DNA of 12,164 nucleotides from a virus (Duplodnaviria; Heunggongvirae; Uroviricota; Caudoviricetes): IMG/VR virus record IMGVR_UViG_2698536471_000010; one strand, 5' to 3'. Shown piece by piece: positions 1 to 7,297 of this stretch (position 1 is its first letter; each line of letters starts with the position of its first letter). The notes under the pieces were generated by a model. It saw only the letters and a program-made list of their open reading frames with translations, ran no database searches and was not told where the DNA came from. The position numbers and the translations under genes were made by a program.

Positions 1-1
1 T

Positions 2-25
2 CTCCAGGAAACCCGGGGCGGTTCA
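2..25. repeat. Left copy of a perfect 24-bp terminal inverted repeat (CTCCAGGAAACCCGGGGCGGTTCA)
   Basis: Bases 2-25 are the exact reverse complement of bases 12141-12164; the match stops abruptly after 24 bp. Confidence 0.8.
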
Positions 26-229
26 GCGTGGGTTATTGAAGCCTGCAGAAGAAGGCTGTCAACAGAGAGTTCGGGTATGAATTACATAATTAAGTAACAT
101 GGTGTTCACAGAACACGCAGTTACCGGACACATCAGTTTTCCATTCGCTCCCCGGCAGTACAGGCTTCCCCTCTGACGGGATAGCCTGAAAAAATAACAC
201 AGAAAATTATTTGTTATAATTAATATAAC

Positions 230-370
230 TTACTCAAAAAAAAGCGACGAGAAAATCAGCATCAACGAACAATAAGCGCCAATACGTGATAACAAATGGC
301 AGCCATATTTGTCTGCAGTATAAGCAATGGACAGGATAACCACACCAGAAACCGTCAGCATAAAATCCAT
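230..370 (-). CDS. Hypothetical small hydrophobic protein (46 aa, MDFMLTVSGVVILSIAYTADKYGCHLLSRIGAYCSLMLIFSSLFFE)
   Basis: ATG start at 370..368 with GGGGAAG Shine-Dalgarno 5 nt upstream, TAA stop at 232..230. Below the ORF-track length cutoff; sits in an AT-rich stretch. Confidence 0.25.
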   Translation of the reverse strand: MDFMLTVSGVVILSIAYTADKYGCHLLSRIGAYCSLMLIFSSLFFE

Positions 371-726
371 TTGAACTTCCCCGGACAAAATCGACTCATC
401 TAAAGATTTACAGCTCTTTTTATTATCAATATGTTAAAAGTAAAATAAACAGATGTTCAATAACACGAATACAAAAACGTGCTGAAATTCAATGAATCCA
501 TTTCTGTGTCATCAATTAATAGTGATAAACATCCGGCTTCTTCCACCATCGCACCGGACAGGCGACTATGAGGGGACAACGCCGCGCTCCGTTAACGCGG
601 TAAACCCCGGTGTGTATCGTTTTTGATTATCCCCGCACACTCGCGCAGAGGACTCTCCCTGTCGGGCTGCGGTCTCTGTTAATGCAGGAATACGGCGACA
701 ATACCGCGCATGGATAATAAGGTCGC

Positions 727-951
727 TCAACACACTGGCTGTAATGCAGCGGATACCATGCGGCATTTAGCGGCATTCATCGTACACTCCACGGTTAGCT
801 CTTCATTCGTGGCATTCACCTGAAAGGTCCGGGAGTGTAATTGCGTACATTTACCACTGAACGAACCTTCAACAAGAACACGACCACGCTGCAAAATACG
901 GAACGGAATTGTTCCCTGAAAAGGTTCTACGGTTACCCGTAATTTCTTCAT
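727..951 (-). CDS. Hypothetical protein (74 aa), translationally coupled to Rz
   Basis: Its ATG overlaps the Rz TGA stop as ATGA (951..948), and a strong GGAGG Shine-Dalgarno lies inside the Rz 3' end. Several Cys residues; no recognised family. Confidence 0.5.
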   Translation of the reverse strand: MKKLRVTVEPFQGTIPFRILQRGRVLVEGSFSGKCTQLHSRTFQVNATNEELTVECTMNAAKCRMVSAALQPVC

Positions 952-1442
952 GTATCCTCCGGATAATAAAAAGCCAGCTTAGTGCACTGAGTGCGGATAT
1001 ATTCCTGCGCCCCTTCCAGCTGCTTCTGCATTGTCATCAACCGTTCTCTGAGGATGAAATAATCCCGTTCAGCGGTGTCTGCCAGTCGGGGGCCGGTTGC
1101 ATTATCCACGCTGGAGGTGCCGGTGGCTTCACGCACGGTACCGGGGCAGGTGGCGTTGACCCGCAGGCGCTTACGACCAGCGGCAACATCAGCGCGCAGA
1201 GTTTCAATTTCAGCTCTCGCATCGGCTAATTCCTTCGTGTATCTGGCATCAAGCGCAGCGACATCTCGCTGGCGCTGCTGCATGTCAGTAATAGTGGCAT
1301 TCGCCAGTTTCAGCTCACTGACTTTTTTATCGCGCTGCGCTTTGTAGGTGATGGCGTTATCGCGGTAATGATTCAGCCCCAGACTAAGCACACCACAGGC
1401 TACCAGCAGGACAATAATCACCACACACAGAACACGGTTCAT
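948..1442 (-). CDS. Rz: Rz inner-membrane spanin (i-spanin)
   Basis: From the internal ATG (MNRVLCVV...) the protein has an N-terminal TM segment followed by [15 protein letters not shown]...[10 protein letters not shown], closely matching lambda Rz. The ORF-track start at 1526 is GTG and adds a non-homologous extension, so ATG 1442 is preferred. Confidence 0.85.
   Translation of the reverse strand: MNRVLCVVIIVLLVACGVLSLGLNHYRDNAITYKAQRDKKVSELKLANATITDMQQRQRDVAALDARYTKELADARAEIETLRADVAAGRKRLRVNATCPGTVREATGTSSVDNATGPRLADTAERDYFILRERLMTMQKQLEGAQEYIRTQCTKLAFYYPEDT
1037..1222 (-). CDS. Rz1: Rz1 outer-membrane lipoprotein spanin (o-spanin), embedded in Rz in another frame
   Basis: 61 aa with signal peptide plus lipobox (LVVSAC) and a proline-rich body ([32 protein letters not shown]) matching lambda Rz1; fully nested in Rz. 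Confidence 0.85.
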   Translation of the reverse strand: MRELKLKLCALMLPLVVSACGSTPPAPVPCVKPPAPPAWIMQPAPDWQTPLNGIISSSENG

Positions 1443-1541
1443 ATCACCACCAACGGATTGCCCAGACCAGAACAGCAATGGCCACAATACGAATGGCAAA
1501 TGCCATTGCCCGAATAAGTTCAGCACTCATCTTTTTAAAGT

Positions 1542-1890
1542 TCACGATTTCAGCGCAATGACCAGTTTTGCCAGCCCATACAGCATCGGAGACACAGCAA
1601 TACCAACAGCCACCCACTTAATAGCAAAAGCCAGCGCTCTGCTGATGTCATCAGTCACTGTCACCCCAGCAGCCCCGACGAAGACAACATCACCCAGGCG
1701 AGGGACAGAAAAAGAGCAACCAGCATTAGTGAAAATGAAATACCGACAATCACACACAGGACCTTTGCCGGCGTTATGAGTTTGTCTGACATAGCTACCC
1801 CTTAATTGCCACAATTAACTGGGATACTACCCATAAAAAAGGGATGCTCCAGACCAGCAAAAATTTCCAGTTTGGTAATTGACTAATCAT
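1542..1890 (-). pseudogene. Cluster of three short hydrophobic ORFs in three different frames between endolysin and Rz; possibly a disrupted membrane-protein gene or a set of small membrane peptides
   Basis: A 31-aa ORF (ATG 1890, GGGAG SD; MISQLPNWKFLLVWSIPFLWVVSQLIVAIKG), a 43-aa ORF (ATG 1792, AAGGGG SD; MSDKLITPAKVLCVIVGISFSLMLVALFLSLAW...) and the hydrophobic C-terminal part of ORF 1542..1814 (...DDISRALAFAIKWVAVGIAVSPMLYGLAKLVIALKS, TTG start only) lie head to tail. Confidence 0.25.
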
Positions 1891-1955
1891 GAGTCGCAAC
1901 TCCCTAATCAGTTTGCTAAAATCAATCAAGGCAGCCTCCCATAGCTTACTGCCAT

Positions 1956-2000
1956 AAAAACAAAACCCCGCTTGCTGCCAACAAACGGGGTTTTTACTTT
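1956..2000. terminator. Bidirectional intrinsic terminator downstream of the endolysin gene
   Basis: AAAACCCCG...CGGGGTTTT stem flanked by an A-run on one side and a T-run on the other, about 90 bp after the R stop. Confidence 0.5.
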
Positions 2001-2084
2001 TATTCACTTACGTTTCGCCAGTTCGCAGGATTTCATGTTATCCGCCCGCGTGGCCATGCCTTATTTTTCAGCAAAATATTCTGC

Positions 2085-2618
2085 TTATCTGTCGATACCC
2101 CAGCACGCCAGCGCGCTCTCCTGGTCACGACGGGATACCTGACCGTAGCAGTTGTTTGAACGAATACGGCAGTCTCTGCCAGCGTCCTTAATCCACCAGC
2201 GAATCGCCTCACATGCTCCCCTGCGATCACCAGCATTAATTCGTCTGTAAAACGTCGACGGGAAACACTTACCGGGACCAATGTTGTACGGACAGAATGA
2301 CGCGATCCCCGCTTTCTGGGGTTCGGTCAATGGCACTTTGATGTTTTTCTCCACCCATGCCAGCGCCTTATCACGTTCGATGGCGTTAACCTGGTCGCAT
2401 TTCTCCTTCGACAACTTCATGCCCGGGACGACAGGTTTACCATCCACCAGAATGGCACCGCGACAGATGGTCCAGATACCCGCGCCATCACGGTATGCCG
2501 TGGTGTGGTTACCTTCCTTTTCATCCAGAAACTGGTCGAGAATGTCAGGCGCAGGCGCACCAGCGGCAATCAGCGCCAGAACGGCAGCCGACAGGCCGTA
2601 TTTGATTTTGGTGTTCAT
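2085..2618 (-). CDS. R: SAR endolysin (T4-type lysozyme fold), phage-21 R-like
   Basis: 177 aa with a Gly/Ala-rich N-terminal signal-anchor-release segment (YGLSAAVLALIAAGAPAP) and a catalytic E-x8-D-x5-T triad (EGNHTTAYRDGAGIWT) spaced as in T4 lysozyme. ATG start. Confidence 0.9.
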   Translation of the reverse strand: MNTKIKYGLSAAVLALIAAGAPAPDILDQFLDEKEGNHTTAYRDGAGIWTICRGAILVDGKPVVPGMKLSKEKCDQVNAIERDKALAWVEKNIKVPLTEPQKAGIASFCPYNIGPGKCFPSTFYRRINAGDRRGACEAIRWWIKDAGRDCRIRSNNCYGQVSRRDQESALACWGIDR

Positions 2619-2654
2619 GGATATATTAAATATTCAGCCGCTGTCCCTGGCCCA

Positions 2655-3212
2655 CTAAATACGCACTTTAAGATAAGTCAGCCCCGGATGAAGCCAGTAA
2701 GCCGGCACTTTTTTAAAGGGTGGAGTATTAAAATCACGAAGAAGAGCCTCCCGCACAATTGCATCCTTATCAGCACCACTGGCCAGCGCTTCAATCTCAG
2801 CGGCTACCTGAAGATATCCCATGCAACGGCCAACGCGCTTCATCAGCCCCTGCTTTTTATTGTTCTTCAGGTAATCAATGGCAAATTCAATGAGCTCCTC
2901 ACTGTGCTGGTGCGATGGAGGTGTTACTTTCCCATTTTCTGAGATGGTTATTTTCCCAGCATCACCGGATACAACAAAGGATGGCCGGTTACACTCCCAT
3001 TCCAGCTCACTGAAATTATCATTATGAATACTGAAACACTCTGAGAGATTTCTGCTCATCACTTTCCGACAATAATCGTCAAACGCAGCAAACTGCTCAT
3101 CGCGGCGTTTTTTTTCATCTTCAGAAGGCATCAGCGTCGACAGTTTTTTATTCAGTTCAGCAATTTCATTTTCCAGACGACTGAAGCGCTGATTCATTTC
3201 TTCATGGTTCAT
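2655..3212 (-). CDS. Hypothetical soluble protein (185 aa) inserted between holin and endolysin; N-terminal predicted coiled coil
   Basis: ATG at 3212 lies immediately after the S stop, with a GGGGAG SD inside the S 3' end. No TM segment; I do not recognise the family. Confidence 0.6.
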   Translation of the reverse strand: MNHEEMNQRFSRLENEIAELNKKLSTLMPSEDEKKRRDEQFAAFDDYCRKVMSRNLSECFSIHNDNFSELEWECNRPSFVVSGDAGKITISENGKVTPPSHQHSEELIEFAIDYLKNNKKQGLMKRVGRCMGYLQVAAEIEALASGADKDAIVREALLRDFNTPPFKKVPAYWLHPGLTYLKVRI

Positions 3213-3215
3213 CAC

Positions 3216-3431
3216 CTAATCTCCCCGGGCAGCCTTGCGACGGTCCTCTTTAATTTTGAAATACAGGTTAGTCAGATACGTCAGCAGGCCAAACAGCAGA
3301 CTCCCCAGCACACCTATCGCCACCCACTGGGACGGAGAGACTTTGTCCAGCAGCTGCAGTAACCAGTATCCCGTCCCCACCGCTGACGTGGTGTATGACA
3401 CACCTGTTGTGATTTTTTCCATCTGGTACAT
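3216..3431 (-). CDS. S: Pinholin, phage-21 S21-like
   Basis: 71 aa, ...[51 protein letters not shown], near-identical in architecture to the S21 pinholin (two TM segments, charged C-terminal tail). GGGAG SD; possible dual starts at Met1 and Met4. Confidence 0.9.
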   Translation of the reverse strand: MYQMEKITTGVSYTTSAVGTGYWLLQLLDKVSPSQWVAIGVLGSLLFGLLTYLTNLYFKIKEDRRKAARGD

Positions 3432-3464
3432 ACCCCGTCTCCCGTTATCCGGAAGCTCACAACA

Positions 3465-3496
3465 TGAAAAAGGCCAGCAGCTGTTTACTGATGGCC
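3465..3496 (-). terminator. Intrinsic terminator between the acidic small ORF and S
   Basis: On the minus strand GGCCATCAG-TAAACAG-CTGCTGGCC (one mismatch) followed by TTTTTC, about 12 nt after the stop at 3508. Confidence 0.5.
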
Positions 3497-3507
3497 CTGA
3501 CTCCCCG

Positions 3508-3780
3508 TTACAGCATCATGACCGATTCGGGTTGAGGTTCAGTCGCATCGGCGACCGGTGATTCAGGCTGAACTTCACCGCTCTCTGCGGTGGTATCTCC
3601 CGCTTCAGTCGGTGGCTCTGCCTGTACACCAAGCAGCTCATCCAGAATGGCATCAACCTCTGCATCAAGACGCGCTTCCAGGTTATGGCGAAGTTTTTGT
3701 TTCAGTGCGCTCAGGACTTCTTCAGAGCGCAGGACTTCCTTCACTGCCTCAGCAGTGACCAGGGATGTAATTTCTGACAT
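3508..3780 (-). CDS. Hypothetical acidic protein (~90 aa, [21 protein letters not shown]...)
   Basis: Internal ATG at 3780 is preferred over the longer ORF-track start; helical N-terminal half and acidic Pro/Glu-rich tail; followed by an intrinsic terminator. Confidence 0.5.
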   Translation of the reverse strand: MSEITSLVTAEAVKEVLRSEEVLSALKQKLRHNLEARLDAEVDAILDELLGVQAEPPTEAGDTTAESGEVQPESPVADATEPQPESVMML

Positions 3781-3820
3781 GGGATTTTCTCGTCGAAAGA
3801 TGTGATTAAGAAAGTTGCCG

Positions 3821-4000
3821 CTAAATGAGCGGCTCTTCGGGTTTGCTTCCGGCTGACTGACTGGCGCTGATTTTCTCAGCGGCCCTTTTGTCAATCTGTC
3901 TGCGCCAGACGTCACGCATGGCCCGGTATCCACCCGAAAGGAGATACAGCACACAGACCACCGTACAGAAGTACAGCATTAACTGGTTCAGAAATGTCAT
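3821..4000 (-). CDS. Hypothetical small membrane protein (59 aa, MTFLNQLMLYFCTVVCVLYLLSGGYRAMRDVWRRQIDKRAAEKISASQSAGSKPEEPLI)
   Basis: ATG at 4000 with GGAAAG SD-like motif upstream, one predicted TM segment, TAG stop at 3823..3821. One codon under the ORF-track cutoff. Confidence 0.35.
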   Translation of the reverse strand: MTFLNQLMLYFCTVVCVLYLLSGGYRAMRDVWRRQIDKRAAEKISASQSAGSKPEEPLI

Positions 4001-4096
4001 AATTTCTTTCCGTTATTGTTGACAATAAGAACTGTTTTCATTTAAAAAACCAGAGCACGAAAGTATCGTTCCTTTATTTTTTCTCCATAGGTATTA

Positions 4097-4136
4097 CCAC
4101 CGCCAGCGTCCATTCCTGTCGCTGGCGGTTTTTTTT
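4097..4136 (+). terminator. Plus-strand-oriented intrinsic terminator abutting the nanS-p 3' end
   Basis: CCACCGCCAGCG-TCCATTCCTGT-CGCTGGCGG followed by T8 on the plus strand; the T-run reaches the nanS-p stop codon. Confidence 0.5.
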
Positions 4137-4137
4137 A

Positions 4138-6075
4138 TCATGCCGCAGTGTCTGTGCTGTTCACTTCCACCGCAATGCTGTCTATCAGTACCGGGTAAGT
4201 CGCACCTCTGGTAATGTCTGTCACATGCAGTTTATCCGCCGCAAAGGCACTGACCGGTGACTGCGTCAGCGTGAACGGTGTACCATCCTGACCATCAATA
4301 ACCGGCGTCACCTGAAGGCTGTTATTCCCGGCAAAGCGGAAAGCCAGCGCATGCCATTCGTTATCAAATGCGCCAAAGCTTCCCAGTTTCAGGTTGTTTG
4401 TCGCCACTTTCGCATTGTGGTACATCACATTCAGGTCTTTTGCATCTGTCTGGATGTAGAACGCTGCCAGCAGGTTATTCCCCCCGTCTCCGGTCAGGGC
4501 AACGCCCTGTGGCAGTGAAGATACCGGCCAGTAAAACGCCATAACATACTGGTTCGCAGCCAGCGCTCCCGAAACCTTAAAGCGGCAGCGAATCTGCCCC
4601 CCTTTCTGTAACAGAGCCGCACCGTTGCCCGCGGCGTACTCCAGCACCCAGCTGCTTTTACCGGCTTCCTTGGTCAGCTTCACTGCCTTACCTCCGGTTC
4701 CCTCCGCATCGCTGACCACTTCTGCCCTGCCGCCACTGGCTGACCATCCCTGTACTTTCAGGCTTCCCTCTGACTCGCTGGCAAGGTAAGAGAGCAGTGT
4801 TGTGACGCCTGTGGCTTCTGCACCGGAAGGCGATGACGGGCGCACCTCTGATACTGTCGATGATGCCCCCGCGTTTAGCGCCACTCCTCCCGCATGGCGC
4901 AAAATCGCCGTTGCCAGACGGTCGGAAATAATCCCGCGGCGTGCCCAGGCGCTGAAATGGCTCGCCCTGTCCTGTGACGTCCAGGTGGCTGAGCTGTCAC
5001 GCCATTTCGAACCGTAATATCCGATACCCGGAATGTCCGGGTCTTCTTCCGGTTTGTTCGTCGGCACATTCACCCCGTTCTCATCCGTCATGAACGGTAC
5101 GAAATGGATATTCTTTTCCGTTTTGTTTTTGTAGCTGCCGTACACCGTCTGGTACGAGGATTCGTTCTTCTGCTTCCAGAAATACGTCGTGTCCCCGCAT
5201 ATCCAGGGAACACCGTCAGCAGATCCACCGACGCACTGACCTGCCATATCCGCCAGGTCTGCACGGAATTTATCAACCAGCGCACCAAACTGTGCTGCGT
5301 GATTTGCCGGCGTACCGCCAAAATCAAATTCCCCCTGCATCCACACCACGGCAAGCAGCACATTTTTCGGGTTCTTCTTCAGTGCTGCTTTTGTTCGACC
5401 GATAAGGTCCTTATACAGCGGCTTGTCCACACCCCAGCGGGTTGAATTCTCCGAAGCACCACTCGCGTCACTGTATGTGCCATCAGCTCCGGTGGTGAAC
5501 GCTGAACCACCACGACAGCACGGAACCAGCAGAATGCCCGCATTCGCCGGTATAAACGGCAGCAGTTTTTTGGCGATATGCAGCCCCTGCCCCACGGTTC
5601 CGTACTGCCCCTTTGACAGGTCCGCTTTCGGATGGTTAAGGCGGCTCATGTCCTGCACATCATGCAGACAATGGTCCGCCGGAATGATGTCGTTATATTT
5701 GCATGCTGCACCGCCCGGTGTCACCGTACTGCGGCGCGCCAGCTGCTTAATACGCGGGTCCGGACGGTCATATGTCTCCGGCAGCGGAAGGCCTTCACCA
5801 TATGCCATGCTGTTTGACTGCCCCGCCAGAACCACAACAAAGTAATACTCCGGGTCTCTGGTGGCGCTGATTACTGTGCCTTCTCCATCCGACGGCTTCA
5901 CCAACACAGGTGTGGTGACATCACCTTCCGCCGCAATGGCCTGCATCAGAGTATAAGGCGTGATGGCCACCGGGCTGCCAAATGGCTGCCACCCCTCCTT
6001 CAGTTTTTGTGTCAGCTTTTCCGCAAGATCTGACGGCGACGCCGCCCTGACCACATCGTAGTGTTTAAATACCAT
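4138..6075 (-). CDS. nanS-p: Prophage-encoded sialate O-acetylesterase (NanS-p-like): N-terminal DUF1737-like region, SGNH/SASA esterase domain, C-terminal beta-rich putative carbohydrate-binding domain
   Basis: About 645 aa with the SASA-type GQSNM-like catalytic motif (VVLAGQSNSMAYGEG). The ORF-track start at 6102 is TTG; in-frame ATGs at 6090 and 6075, of which 6075 has the better SD (GGTGGAAAAGG). Start uncertain. Confidence 0.85.
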   Translation of the reverse strand: MVFKHYDVVRAASPSDLAEKLTQKLKEGWQPFGSPVAITPYTLMQAIAAEGDVTTPVLVKPSDGEGTVISATRDPEYYFVVVLAGQSNSMAYGEGLPLPETYDRPDPRIKQLARRSTVTPGGAACKYNDIIPADHCLHDVQDMSRLNHPKADLSKGQYGTVGQGLHIAKKLLPFIPANAGILLVPCCRGGSAFTTGADGTYSDASGASENSTRWGVDKPLYKDLIGRTKAALKKNPKNVLLAVVWMQGEFDFGGTPANHAAQFGALVDKFRADLADMAGQCVGGSADGVPWICGDTTYFWKQKNESSYQTVYGSYKNKTEKNIHFVPFMTDENGVNVPTNKPEEDPDIPGIGYYGSKWRDSSATWTSQDRASHFSAWARRGIISDRLATAILRHAGGVALNAGASSTVSEVRPSSPSGAEATGVTTLLSYLASESEGSLKVQGWSASGGRAEVVSDAEGTGGKAVKLTKEAGKSSWVLEYAAGNGAALLQKGGQIRCRFKVSGALAANQYVMAFYWPVSSLPQGVALTGDGGNNLLAAFYIQTDAKDLNVMYHNAKVATNNLKLGSFGAFDNEWHALAFRFAGNNSLQVTPVIDGQDGTPFTLTQSPVSAFAADKLHVTDITRGATYPVLIDSIAVEVNSTDTAA

Positions 6076-6503
6076 GACCTTTTCCACCATATAAAGGAAC
6101 AATAAATTCTTTTCTGATAGAGATTTAAATAAAAATACATTATTTTACAAAAAAATAATATCCATTACAAAAACATCCGATTTTTTTATATTCCCGCTCA
6201 TCCTGCTAATTTGTATTACAAAAAAATGAAACAACTTGAACCAAAGTGATACAAAATTAGAAAAGAAAACCCCAGGAAGACAAAGAAGACGATCTTTTTC
6301 AATGAGTTACACTGATTTATTGACTATGATTTTTAGCAAAACAATCGAAAGCAATGTGTACCGAGAAGGTTAAAAGATGGAATGGATAGTTATTGACACA
6401 GTGATATGCCCATCAAGCGGAATAACGTTTTCAACTGTATGGTGTAAAATAAAGTTGATAATCTGGTATCAGTCAGATGTGTTCCTGCCACCCGGAAGTA
6501 TTC

Positions 6504-6527
6504 TCACACCTGTTAACTCAGGTGTGA
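6504..6527 (+). promoter_or_regulatory. Perfect 9-bp stem, 6-nt loop hairpin (TCACACCTG-TTAACT-CAGGTGTGA) overlapping the SD of the downstream small ORF
   Basis: Inverted repeat read directly; the 3' arm contains AGGTG three nt before the ATG at 6530. Confidence 0.3.
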
Positions 6528-6529
6528 TT

Positions 6530-6703
6530 ATGGATAATAAGCTGCTTCCATTAACCATTTACAACGTGACACCATTTAACAGAAAATTCTGGTTCCTTAT
6601 CAGAAATCAAAAAGAGTGCCCCGGGAATTCAGTTAAAACAAAAATAAAATGCCATAATAGTATGTGTGTACTGATGATATGCCCGTATGGATTATATAAG
6701 TAA
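6530..6703 (+). CDS. Hypothetical small Cys-containing protein (57 aa), low-confidence
   Basis: ATG 6530 preceded by AGGTG SD that forms the 3' arm of a perfect 9-bp hairpin (6504-6527). AT-rich codon usage; part of ORF-track 6377..6703. Confidence 0.2.
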   Translation: MDNKLLPLTIYNVTPFNRKFWFLIRNQKECPGNSVKTKIKCHNSMCVLMICPYGLYK

Positions 6704-7205
6704 CAACATATGAATACATAACAGATAAACTATTGACCTTGAGGCTCATCCATATAAAGAAGAGCTCTCCGAAGAGGTGTGTATTTGCATGCACATTCCT
6801 TTTTTGCTCTATGTCATGACCTCCGGCGACTCTATCCCGGCACCAGCAAACCCGCATCATTCTCGTTTCCGGTGTCTCTAAAACCACAGCACACCTGCCC
6901 CCCCGCTGAGGGAGGGAAGCACTGTATCCGTACACTCAGCAACAGAAATACCACCTGCTCACTGCGCTACATATCAGCAACAATTTTATACCCGAACATT
7001 ATCATTCAACAGCATGGTTCACAACAACATCATAACCCAGGAAACGAGAATCAGATCAAAAAAACAGAAATTTTACATGAAAAATACTTTTTATTAATAT
7101 TGATAGCGTCGTACCACAAAATACGATGAATTATCCCTGAACTTAACATTAATGCCAGTATGTATTGCCCGCTGGTATCAGCGGGCGCTTTAAGAGATCG
7201 TATTC

Positions 7206-7289
7206 ATGACTACCTGGGAAAAAGCTATTTTACTATTGTCAGTTTTTATTGCAGCCTTATCTGTCTACTTGCTTCACAGCCTGAACTGA
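7206..7289 (+). CDS. Hypothetical small hydrophobic peptide (27 aa, MTTWEKAILLLSVFIAALSVYLLHSLN), convergent with the methyltransferase
   Basis: ATG 7206, TGA 7287-7289, weak AAGAGA SD; preceded by a perfect 8-bp hairpin (GCCCGCTG-GTAT-CAGCGGGC, 7170-7189). Not in the ORF track (under 60 aa). Confidence 0.2.
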   Translation: MTTWEKAILLLSVFIAALSVYLLHSLN

Positions 7290-7297
7290 CCATATCT

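Noticed and set aside
572-624. Nested GC-rich hairpin (GGGG..CCGCG..CGCGG..CCCC) followed at a distance by a T-run
   Set aside because: The T-run is about 10 nt from the stem rather than adjacent, so it is not a convincing intrinsic terminator.
1-726. cos site or terminase genes downstream of the lysis cassette
   Set aside because: No lambda-like cosN (GGGCGGCGACCT) and no terminase-sized ORF; the window ends before any packaging module.
566-766. 66-aa minus-strand ORF overlapping the 3' end of the 74-aa gene
   Set aside because: No Shine-Dalgarno, Arg/Cys-rich non-protein-like composition, and it overlaps a better-supported gene.
909-1347. Plus-strand ORFs 909..1229 and 1075..1347 antisense to Rz/Rz1
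   Set aside because: They lie entirely within the well-supported Rz/Rz1 coding region on the opposite strand, with low-complexity Ala/Ser/Arg-rich translations typical of antisense frames.
1795-2007. 70-aa ORF starting with GTG inside the terminator hairpin
   Set aside because: The start codon lies in the terminator stem; only the 31-aa ATG-initiated C-terminal part with an SD was kept, as part of the hydrophobic ORF cluster.
2033-2942. ORFs 2033..2281 (-), 2281..2658 (+) and 2505..2942 (+) overlapping the endolysin and the 185-aa gene
   Set aside because: Alternative or antisense frames of confidently called genes; no independent support.
4802-5845. Several 60-140-aa ORFs on both strands inside nanS-p
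   Set aside because: All are nested in the 650-aa esterase gene and have Arg/Cys-rich compositions typical of off-frame translation.
6103-7297. Shiga toxin stxA/stxB at the canonical position upstream of nanS-p
   Set aside because: No ORF of the right size or composition (about 315 aa plus about 89 aa, signal peptides) is present; only short AT-biased ORFs.
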